From NCBI GenBank assembly GCA_000182565.2, contig KQ257460.1: a stretch of 64,000 nt of DNA; one strand, written 5' to 3'. A program made the position numbers and the translations under genes. Numbering within the stretch: position 1 is the first letter of the stretch; each line of letters opens with the position of its first letter. This DNA comes from Spizellomyces punctatus DAOM BR117. Its lineage: Eukaryota. Below are positions 1-11,000 of this stretch, piece by piece. Under the pieces are notes generated by a model. That model had not been told where the DNA came from and ran no database searches. It worked only from the letters and a program-made list of their open reading frames with translations.

Positions 1-2340
1 GTGTGTCTAATGACATCCAGCATGACTCCAAGACCCCAGAAGATCACCTGGACCACCTCAAGCAGGTTCTGCAAGCCCTCAGGCAGAACAAGCTGTATGC
101 CAACCCCAGCAAGTGCCAGTTCTTCAAGCAAGAAGTAGAGTTTCTTGGCCATGTAGTCTCACATGAAGGAGTCAAGCTTGACCCCAAGAAAGTGCAGACT
201 GTTCAAGAATGGCCCACCCCTCAGAGTGTCACTGAAGTCAGACAGTTCATGGGCCTGGTGAACTACTTCCATAGCTTTCTGGAGGACCTGGCAGAGCAAG
301 CTGCACCATTGACAGACCTGTTGAGGAATGACAAGCCCTGGACCTGGTCTGAACCTCAGGAGAAAGCTTTTCAGCAGCTGAAGGATATGGTTACCAAAGC
401 TCCTGTACTCAGACCCTTTGACCCAGCCTTGCCTACCACTGTCTTCCCTGATGCCTCAGGCTATGCAGTTGGAGCATGGCTTGGACAGGATGATGGGAAA
501 GGCATGAGACCAGTTGCCTACCACTCCAGGAAGATGGCCCCAGCAGAGACCAGATATGACACCAGAGAACAAGAGCTGTTAGCCATCCATGATGCCCTCA
601 GAGTTTGGAGGCCCTACTTGGAAGGAACCCCCTTCAAAGTTATCTCAGACCACCAGTCCCTCAAGTGGCTACAGAACCAGCCCTTCTTGACCAGAAGACA
701 AGCCAGATGGGTCATGAACTTCCAATCTTTTGACTTTGAGATTGGCTATGGCCCAGGAAGACTCCACACAGTGGCAGACATCCTGTCTAGAAGACCAGAC
801 CTGGCCCTAAGATGCATCAAGTGCAAGGCCTTGGTGACAGCAGAGTTGAATGCTGTGACCCACACCACCAGCACCCTTCAAGAGAGATTGAAGACCAGTA
901 CCACAGAAGACCCAGAACTTCAAGAGCTCATCCAAGCTTTGGATGACCCCAGGAGACCAGAAGACCAGCAACAAAGGCTCAAGTACCTCAGCCATCAAGA
1001 TGGGTTACTCTATTTCCAGGGCAGGATCTTTGTTCCTAGTGACCCAGACCTAAGGTTGAGCCTACTCCAAGAAACCCATGACACTCAGTATGCTGGACAC
1101 TTTGGCATCACCAAGACCCATGATGCCCTAGCAAGGCATTACTACTGGCCAAGGATGTACAAGGACATTAAGAAGTATGTCAAGTCTTGTGATTCCTGCC
1201 AGAGAAGCAAACCTAGTCAGCAACCACCAGCAGGCTTGCTGCAGCCCCTCCCAGTACCTAAGACCAGATGGAGCCAGATTTCCATTGACCTGATCCCTGA
1301 CCTACCTGTGACTTCCTCTGATCACAATGCCATCTTTGTCATTGTTGACAGATTGTCAAAGAGAGGCCACTTCATCCCTACCACCACCAGAGCCTCAGCC
1401 AAGGACCTGGCCCTGCTCTTCTTGAAGCACATCTTCAAGCACCATGGCCTCCCAGAAGTGATTGTATCAGACAGAGACACCAAGTTCACCAGTTCATTCT
1501 GGTCCAACTTGATGCAACTCTTAGGCTGCAACACCCTCCTAGCCACTGCAAGGCACCAGCAGACCAATGGACAGGCAGAGAGAACCATCAAGACTTTGAC
1601 GATTTACCTCAGAGCTTTCCTGCAGTACAACATGAAGAATTGGGAAGATCTTCTCCCCTTTGCTGAGTTTGCCTACAACAACAGTATCTCAGAAACCACA
1701 GGCTTTACCCCATTCTACTTGGAGAATGGCCAGCATCCCAGGACCCCAGCAACACCACCAGGAGAAAGCAATGATCTTGAAGCAACAGACTTCCACCAGT
1801 ATATTCAGCAACTGCTTCAAGTAGCCAAGGATAACATGATACTGGCCCAAGAAAGACAAGTTCAGCAAGCCAACAAGTCTCTCAGCAAAGCTACCCCCTA
1901 GGCTCCAAAGTTTGGCTGTCTAGAGAAGGTATCACCCCAGAAGAAGAAGCCCAGAGGCCAGCCCAGAAACTTCTTCACCCCTGGCTTGGACCTTACAGAA
2001 TCAAGGCCAAGGATGAATTTCAGAATTACACCCTGGAGCTCCCCAGCACCATGAAGATTCATCCAGTGTTCCATGTGAGACTCCTCAAGCCTTACCTGGA
2101 CCCCACAGAGGAGTTCCCTACCAGACCAGTACCCCCTGAGCCTGAGCCAATTACCAGCAAGGAGAAGAGTTTTGGGAAGTTGAGAAGATTCTTGACCACA
2201 AGACCAGAAGGAAGAAGAATCTCTACCTCATCAAGTGGAAAGGCTATCCCTCCTCTCAGAACACCTGGGAACCAGAAGAATACCTCCTACCCCATGGCAG
2301 AGAAATCTTGAAGGAGTTCCTAGCCCAGAAGGGAGCTTAA
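1..2340 (+). mobile_element. Ty3/Gypsy (chromovirus-type) LTR retrotransposon pol, 3' part: RT C-terminus, RNase H, integrase, GPY motif, chromodomain; two frameshifts
   Basis: ORF 3-1901 has RT thumb (KCQFFKQEVEFLGHVVS), RNase H (DASGYAVGA...ELLAI...SDHQSL), integrase HHCC (HDTQYAGHFG...CDSCQ) and DDE core. After a frameshift near 1890 it reads SKVWLS...WLGPYRI...IHPVFHVRLLKPY. After a second near 2160 it reads [10 protein letters not shown]...[17 protein letters not shown] to TAA at 2338-2340. Confidence 0.95.
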
Positions 2341-2356
2341 TCTTAAAGTGGGGGAG

Positions 2357-2790
2357 TGTGACAGAATTCTTCTGTCAGTGCTATGGTTATACTGGTTAGA
2401 TGTGGTTCCAAACTAGTGGTCACATGACTTTGCTGATGGTGTCAGCATTCATTTGACCAGAATTAGATAAATAAGCAGATTTAGCCATTTCTGGCTAAAT
2501 TAGATGAGTATCCTGACACACTGGCATCTGCCCCTTTCAATCAAGTGGCACAGTGTATTTAGGATGACTTGTCTCACTTGTGATTGGCTATAAATGGTGC
2601 AATAGGCTGACAAATAGTTTAGGATGATGTGGGTGAGATCTGATTGGGTAGTTAGGATATAGCATTTGTCAGCCCCTTTGTCTATAAAAAGAGGACCTCT
2701 CTGAGGCCCCTCAAAGGAAAAATAACAAGTAGTAACCAAGTCTTCCCTAGTTTTCTGTTGTCTTCTTGTCCCTGCTGTATAGGTGGAGGC
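2357..2790 (+). repeat. 3' LTR of the Gypsy element (right boundary uncertain), preceded by a polypurine tract at 2345-2356
   Basis: AAAGTGGGGGAG follows the pol stop and is followed by TGTGA. TATAAA motifs and repeated TTAGGAT units lie inside. No clean terminal TCACA is seen before Copia coding sequence begins near 2790. Confidence 0.7.
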
Positions 2791-2937
2791 ATTGCAGATA
2801 AACAAATCACGATTCTGGACATGGATATGAAGGAGCAGATGGCTGATTACTTCACCAAGCCATTAACCCAGGAGGATCATAATCGATTGAGACAGCGAAT
2901 CATGAGTGGACTGGATAATATTCAAATGCACACATGA
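2791..2937 (+). mobile_element. Ty1/Copia pol C-terminus (RNase H end)
   Basis: Hand translation gives IADKQITILDMDMKEQMADYFTKPLTQEDHNRLRQRIMSG...*. ADxxTKPL is the hallmark Copia RNase H C-terminal motif. Too short to appear in the ORF track. Confidence 0.85.
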
Positions 2938-3020
2938 CCCATGTATGTGGCAGCAAACTTTGTGGAAGTGCAACTGGATGATAATGGTGGAATGTGAAAA
3001 ATGAATATGAATAATATTAT

Positions 3021-3894
3021 CTACACAGCAATACCCAAACCACCCAAACCACCCAGTCCGCCTGCACTGCCCACACCACCAAAACCACCAAAAGGACCAA
3101 ACAGACCCTCAAAACCCTCCAAATCCTCGCCCTCCAACTCCTCCTCAGTCTCCTCCTCCCCCTCTTCCTCACCCCTTCTCACCACCTCCGCAAACTCCTC
3201 CCCTTCATCCATCACCACCTCTTCCAAGAGTCTGGTGAGCTTCGTGATCTTGTCACATACTGCAACTGCAGCCTTCTTCTTCGCATGCTGGGCTTTCTCC
3301 TTCTGGAGCTCACTAGGTGGCCATGAGCCTCCAGTCTTGTACCCTCTGTTCAAACTAAGGTCCTGGAGACCATGGTATGTGCCAAGTGCTTGCAAATGGA
3401 TGGGACTCTGTACAGGCAACAACCGCATAACATCCCTCTCAGTCTTGGCCAAACCCAAATGCCTTCACAACACCTCCTCTTGGTCCTTCCGATGTTGCAA
3501 AAAGGCCCAATGCCGTGCTGCCTCCACAAACTCGCTTTCAAGTGTGCTCAGTCTGTGTGCAGGCTCCGGCATCTTCCCCACCACACTGGCTACCCTTCCT
3601 CTTAGCCCCTAAAACCACAGCCTCAAAAACCCTCCTCCTGGGTCTCTCCTCCAAAATGGAAGTCTCCCTCCCTATGCCAGACGGTCCCACACCCAACACC
3701 ACACTTGGAGTGGTGGTCTCGGCCTCTGAAGGAGGAGGGGCTGGGAAAAGCCCTGGTTGCTCCATAGGGACCAAAGGGACATCAGAACTGGCTGTGGAGC
3801 TCTCCGCTGTCATCTCACACAACTGCCACGAGAACAAGGTATGCAAAGTTTCACTGGGAACTTTGCCTTTTCCCTTCTCTTCCTTGGGGGCCAT
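3021..3894 (-). pseudogene. Decayed antisense ORF (~290 aa; basic N-terminus, acidic then Gly-rich C-terminus) inside the Copia 3' region
   Basis: ORFs 3538-3894 and 3021-3458 join via one frameshift near 3600 and one in-frame TGA (likely CGA to TGA). An upstream intron-like signal lies at 3990-3896. Confidence 0.55.
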
Positions 3895-4093
3895 ACTACA
3901 AAAAAAAAAAAAAAAAAAAAACTGGAAACACCATTAGCAGCTAGCCAAATGAGCTCTGCAAGTCTGCAATGCTGTCACAGCAGGTCTTACAGTTGATAGA
4001 AGTATGTGTGAAAGTGTAGAAAGTCAGTGGGCAATGGGTTCTTGTCTTGTAAAGAAAATAGCAGTTCAGACTTTTGACAGGTCTGAGTGGGGG

Positions 4094-4341
4094 TGTTAGC
4101 GATCACAGGTAGCAGACCTCTAAGCCACTTAACCGCTACGCCACGCAGGCGCATCTTCACTGTGCCACGCGCCACATGTGCCATGCGCGTCATTAGATTT
4201 CTCTTGCATCGCTAGTAGTATATTCAATGGTGACTTCTTAACATACAATAGACTTACATCTATACAAGAGTATAGTTCACTCTGTTCCTACTCTCTATCA
4301 CTAATACATTCCCTATAGGAATATACCCTCACTAGCTAACA
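4094..4341 (+). repeat. 3' LTR of the Copia element (248 bp)
   Basis: Polypurine tract GAGTGGGGG (4085-4093) is followed by TGTTAGC...GCTAACA, a perfect 7-bp terminal inverted repeat with TG...CA ends. Confidence 0.85.
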
Positions 4342-5018
4342 ATCAGAACTCTTTTCTTGTTGTTTGAATCAGTTTCCTAGCACAATTTTCAATAGGTTAT
4401 GAGCCCTGAATAGGCATAACTGACTTCACAACTTCAAAAAACTAGATTTTGATCTCCACACCTACCTACCTGTCTATTTGACATCCTACCTGCCTACCTA
4501 CCTGCCTCCTTACCTTCCTATCATCATCATCAGATCATGTGCAATCACACAGTACCCTGTCCCATCATACTAACTTGCCTTTGACTAGCAATGTCAGAAA
4601 ATGATTTGACAAGAATATAGCTGCACTGTAGGGCTTTCCAGATATGCTTTGGTTTGAGTCAATAGGTTCAGGACTTGCCGAGTTTGTTATTCAATTTCTG
4701 TCACGGACCTGCATGCAGGTTGATGAATGAATTCACTTAATTCTAAACAACGAAACATATGCCCTGTTTATATTCCAGGTAGAGACACATATGGAAAGAC
4801 TTGTATTTAAGGTCTATATGCGTGGCAACATCCAAGCGGGTCCCAAATAATGCTTAGACCCCATGCAATGTATGATCGATCGATCTCACATGATACCCCA
4901 GCTCATGTGATATGTGGCACCTATATGTCACCAGCAGCTCGAGATCTCCGCAGTGTAGCATGCTACAGGGTGGAGAATCGACACCAGCGTTGCGCACTCT
5001 AGAGAGACGTGCATCAGT

Positions 5019-8000
5019 ATGAGCGCAGCGTCCGCTTTGGAGCCGCTCTCCAGAATTCTGGCTGAATTGCGGTCCCGGTACGTTCTTTGTGGTCGAGCTA
5101 TGGTACCAACTTGGAGGTCTTATCCGTCGTCCTTTCCTTGTATTTGAACAGGAATGACGATGCTCGTCTGAGAGCCGCAAATGAATTGAGAGACCACGTA
5201 AAGTATTTCCGCACCTGTCTGGTTGGAGTCACACATCGTTGACATCTAGAATAGGTTATAGCTGTTTCGCGCGAGATTTCAGGGGAGGCATTCACCAAAT
5301 TCGTGAATGATGTGAATCGCCGAATATTTGAACTTATTCACAGCAACGACAACAATGACAAGATTGGTGGAATTTTAGCCATTGGTATTTCAGTGTAGAA
5401 ACTGCGACATGAACGCTTGCCAGGATGGTTGATAGGTGTCATCTTCAGACAAGCTGATCGATTTCGATGGCGAAGAAAATACCACCAAAATTACACGATT
5501 CGCAAATTATCTCCGAATTGTTTTGCCGGGGAGTGATCCACAAATTACAATCCTGGCAGCGAAGGCATTGGGTAAGCGGAAGCCTGCCAAGTGATGCCGA
5601 TAAATTATTTACCTATCTTTTGCAGGACGCTTGGCGCTTTCAGGTGGTACACTCACCGCGGAGTTTGTGGAGTTTGAAGTAAAGCGCGCTCTCGAATGGT
5701 TGCAAGGTAAGGTGAAGCGAGCTTAGATACTGTCCTGTATTCTTAAGACCAAATGCCTATAGGAGATCGACATGAGGCCAGGCGCTATGCCGCAGTGCTT
5801 GTACTACGTGAATTGGCCGTGAGTGCCCCCGACGTTGATATACGCCTACGTTGGGCAAATCCTTGACCTGATTTGGGCGGCGCTGAGAGATAATAGGGTA
5901 GGTATGCGATAGAGTACCACTGAATATCAGACTATCTCATCAATTGGCAGGTAGTGATACGAGAAGGGGCGGCGGATGCACTTAACGCGACGTTGGCCCT
6001 CGTTCAAGTCCGAGAGAATAGACAAAGGAAACAGTGGTATCAGAAGATCTTAGAAGAAACTCAAAGAGGCTTCAAAACCGGCAATGCAGATGCCATCCAC
6101 GGATCGCTTTTAACGTTAAGAGAGCTGATAAGTCAGAAAGGGATGGTAAGACTAAATATCATCGCTACAGTTTGCGACACGATTTTCAACTCTGGAAGCT
6201 AGTATCCCCAAGAAAAGTACAAAGGTCTATGTGAATCGGTGTTGAAGTACAAGGATCATCGAGATGGCCTAGTTCGTCGTACCGTTATCTTGATGATTCC
6301 ATCCCTAGCACAATTCGACGCTGCGGATTTTGTCGCTGCCTATTTGAATGGGTGTATGGCATATTTACTCTCGCAGCTGAAGAAGGACCGTGACCGCTCA
6401 GCGGGTGAGCTGATGAACTGCATTTGAGAAATTTCCGATATGTACTCAACACATACCGTCTTCTTACAGCCTTTATCGCAATCGGTAAAGTTGCCATTGC
6501 TGTTGGAAGCAGCATAGGACCATATCTGGATGGAACGCTTCAGAATATCAAAGATGGCTTGAACATTAAAGGGTCGTTACACTCTTTAAATGTTATTTTC
6601 AAGCTAGCTTAAACCGTCTCATACGTTGACCTTACAGGAGGGGCAGAGTTACCCATGAAGCACCTATTTTCCAGTGCATCAGCATGCTTGCTCAAGCGGT
6701 CGGTCCAGCTCTTACCAAATACATGCACGATCTACTTGAGCAGATGTTTTCCGGTGGACTTTCTGAGCCATTGCGCCAGGCTCTGGTTGACCTCTCGGTG
6801 TACATCCCACCACTCTTAAGTATCATCCAAGGTATTGCAGTCCTATATCCCTACTGTTATTAGGTGCTAGGCTACCCATCAATCTAATGACCTGATTTAT
6901 GTTAAAGAGAGATTATTGAACTTGCTTTCCATGATCCTTTGTGGTCAACCATATCGCCACCCGGGCTCACCAGCGCGTACCACGCAAACACCTCTCACGG
7001 GCACTATGCGAGATTTTCAGGTGCGACGGAATGACTGTGGGTCCACCGTATCTTCTGCTTAATCAATTATTTGACCAGACCCAAACCGAAGTCCATGATG
7101 TCGAAACCATAATACTCGCCTTGACTACACTAGGAGGCTTTGACTTTGCAGGTTCTAATGTGATTGCTCTCGGTACCTGTAGCCACATCTAAGCTCATCT
7201 AAATGTCCTTAGGGTACATGCTGCACGAACTCATTCGCGAATGTGCTGTTTCATATTTGGACGACGATAACACGGAAGTTAGAAAAGCGGCTGCTCTGAC
7301 CTGTTGCCACCTGCTTGCGCGAGATCCTGTGTGCTACCAGGTACCTGTTAATATCTTTCACTGTCGCAGCTTCGTCAAGACATTGTGTGACCCTTGAAAT
7401 AGACCAGCAATCATGCCATGCAAATCATGGGCGAAGTATTAGAGAAGCTTCTAACTGTTGGAATAACTGACCCAGGTCCGGTAGCAGTGCATTCAAGGGG
7501 TTGGCATGATTCCCTCATTCACGCAGAATCGCTTCGCAGATCCGGTTATACGGCAAGCGGTTCTATCCTCTCTAGACGAACGCTTTGATTATCACTTGGC
7601 CCAAGCCGAACATATACGCACGCTCTTCATTGCACTGAATGATGAAGTTTTTACGATACGTGAGCTGGCGATAACGATCATCGGTCGCTTGACAGTTCAG
7701 AATCCGGCCTATGTTCTCCCGTCACTGCGCAAAACCTTAATTCAGCTTCTAACTGAACTAGAGTATTCGGGGGCAAGGTAGCGCAATGATCAGGATGTCT
7801 GTCATAGTCTACGTTGTTCCTAATCACATCCACTTAGTCGTCAACGAGAGGAAAGCGCTCGGCTTCTGAGTCATCTCGTCTCCGCCGCTCAAAGGCTTAT
7901 TAAACCCTATGTTGAACCTATTCTGAAAGTGCTTCTTCCCAAAGCGAGAGATCCAAGTTCTGGGGTTGCGTCGAGGGTGTTGACTGCCATTGGGGAACTC

Positions 8001-11000
8001 GCACCAGTTGGTGGTGAAGGGCTGCTTCCTTTTTTGGATGATTTGATGCCGATTATTATGGAGACCCTGCAAGACCAGAGTAGTTCCACGAAGCGGGAAT
8101 CAGCATTGCGTACGCTTGGCCAACTGTCGAGTAATACCGGCTGGGTCGTGGAACCTTACCTCAAATACCCGAATCTCCTTGGAGTGTTAATTGATATTTT
8201 GAAGACCGAACAGTCACCTGGGATTCGCCGAGAAACCGTGAAAGTTATGGGCATCATTGGTGCCTTAGATCCTTACAAGCATAAGGTAGTGAAGGTGCGA
8301 TTCTCATACTTCGTCTTCACCATTAAGCAATTTTTTAGATTGCATCGCGAGACCCTGAAACCGTCATTAGTGGAGCTATTGCAGAAATTCAAGCAATGCC
8401 CTTAACCATGAGTCCATCAGCGGAAGATTATTATCCTACGGTTGCCATAAATGCGTTGATGAAGATATTACGTGACCCATCCTTGAGCATTCACCATACA
8501 GCCGTCATCCAAGCTGTGATGTACATCTTTAAAACCCTAGGACTTAAGTGTGTCCCGTTCCTGCCGCAGGTGAGGAATCCAGAAGCCTTGTACCACCCTA
8601 TAGGTTTACTCACTAAATTCACAAGATTATGCCACCATTTCTTACCATGATGAGGACGTGTCCAATTGGGATGCTGGAGTTTCACTTCCAGCAATTGGGA
8701 CTTCTGGTCTCTATAGTAAAGCAACACATCCGCAGCTACCTAACGGATCTACTTTCGCTGATACAAGAGTACTGGAGCCCGACATCGAACATTCAAATTA
8801 CTATTTTGTCTCTGGTGGAAGCGATTGCTATAGCGCTGGACGGAGAATTCAAGGTCTATCTACCCACCCTCCTTCCTCAAATGCTCCAAATCTTCGATGC
8901 CGATACAAGCGAAAGACGTCAGCCAACTCAGAAGGTTCTGCATGCAATGATAACATTCGGTTCCAACTTAGAGGAATATTTGCATTTGGTGGTACCCGTG
9001 GTAGTAAAGCTTTTCGAGAAACCGGACGTTCCAGTGCATCTGCGCAAGCATGCCATTCAAACAATTGGCATGCTTTGCAAGAAAATTAATTTTGCCGACC
9101 AAGCCTCGCGGATTATCCATCCGCTCGTTCGTGTGCTGGCAATACCGCAGCCGGAACTGCGTGCAGCGGCGATGGACACGCTTTGCGCCCTTGTGTACCA
9201 GCTGGTGTCCGATTTTGCCATTTTTATCCCCATGATCAACAAGGTAGCGTCCATTCTTTGATTCGATCCCTCACCGTAGACTCAACTAAATGGAATCACC
9301 AGATGTTGGTTAGGCATCACATACAGCATCCGAAATATGACCTGCTAGTTTCGAAGTTACTAAAGAATGAACCATTGCCCCAAGAATTGGGTAGTGATGG
9401 TGAAGAAAGGTACACCCGAACTGATGCGAGGATGTTTCTACGATACTTACCATCGATAAGCAGATATAGCGAAACCCTCGCCGATGACTCACCCGCAGAA
9501 GCGGCAACGAAGAAGCTGCCAGTCAATCAGCAGCAACTCAAGAAAGCGTGGGAAACGTCGCAACGCTCAACAAAAGATGATTGGGCGGAGTGGATCCGTC
9601 GCTTCAGCGTGGAGTTACTAAAAGAGTCCCCTTCGCACGCCTTACGAGCATGTGCAAGCTTAGCCGGCGTGTACTACCCCTTAGCTCGCGAACTGTTCAA
9701 TGCAAGCTTCGTATCATGTTGGAGCGAACTGTACGATCAGTTTCAAGATGAGCTTGTACGTTCTCTCGAAACTGCTCTTACATCCCCAAATATACCGCCG
9801 GAAATACTACAAACTCTCTTGAATCTTGCTGAGTTCATGGAGCACGACGACAAGGCTTTGCCAATCGACATCCGCACTCTAGGGCTGTATGCTGCCAAGT
9901 GTCACGCATATGCAAAGGCTCTACACTACAAGGAATTGGAATTCATTTCGGAACCCCTCACTAATACCATCGAAGCGCTTATCAGCATCAACAATCAGCT
10001 ACAACAGCCAGATTCTGCTATTGGAATTCTTACGTATGCCCAACAAAACCATGATGTTGAACTAAAGGAATCTTGGTACGAAAAACTACACCGATGGGAG
10101 GATGGCTTGGCCGCTTACGAGAGAAAGCAAGCCGAGGATCCGCTGTCAGTAGAGGCCACATTGGGAAGGATGCGGTGTTTGCATAATCTTGGGGAATGGG
10201 AAGCTTTATCGCAGCTTGCCCAGGAACGCTGGGCTTACGCAAACAGCGATGTTAAAAAGGCCATAGCACCTCTCGCCGCTGCTGCGGCCTGGGGCCTCGG
10301 TCAGTGGGATCTCATGGATGAATATATTGCGGTAATGAAGCAAGAATCTCCGGACAGTGCCTTTTTCCGTGCCATTCTCGCGTTGCATCGAAATCTGTAC
10401 CCTCAGGCAGCCCGCTTTATTGATAAAACTCGCGATTTGTTGAACACGGAGCTCATGGCTTTAGTGGGGGAAAGCTACAGTCGTGCCTATAAGTAAGCGT
10501 CCATAGAAAGGTATTGTCAGTGAAGCATGTCTAATCGTGTGCTGAAAATTGTAGCGTGGTGGTGCGCATTCAAATGTTGGCCGAGCTGGAGGAAATAATT
10601 ACCTACAAACAATTGTACGAACAGCCGGACCGCCAGGCCGCTATTCGAAGGACGTGGATGTCGCGGTATGCATTCATCAATGCACTGTCAGGGAGTGACA
10701 ACTAAACATTTTCTTTTAAATAGGCTGCGAGGATGCCAGAGAAACGTGGAAGTGTGGCAGAGAATTCTTAAAGTTAGAGCTCTGGTGATAGCCCCGCAAG
10801 ATGACATGGAGATGTGGATAAAATTCGCAAATCTGTGCCGGAAAAGTGGGAGGTTAGGCTTATCGCATAAAACACTCTCTGGGCTGCTTAATGTGGAAGC
10901 GAAAGATTTTAGTACCTTGGTGAGTAATTGGGCAAGTGGGGCGAGGAGACACTGATGATTTACTGAACAGATTCACAGGCCATTCGAGATGACGCTCCAC

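Noticed and set aside
1-30. Intact RT catalytic YxDD motif implying an active element
   Set aside because: The sequence at the window edge reads as a degenerate or frameshifted V-C-L/N-D-I, and pol has two further frameshifts.
3001-3612. 203-aa Pro/Ser-rich ORF on the + strand
   Set aside because: It is the mirror frame of the Glu/Gly-rich antisense ORF, is low in complexity and has no family motifs.
3900-3921. Poly(A) tail of a LINE or retrocopy
   Set aside because: Its context (donor, branch point, TAG, ATG on the minus strand) fits an intron polypyrimidine tract better, and no target-site duplication is seen.
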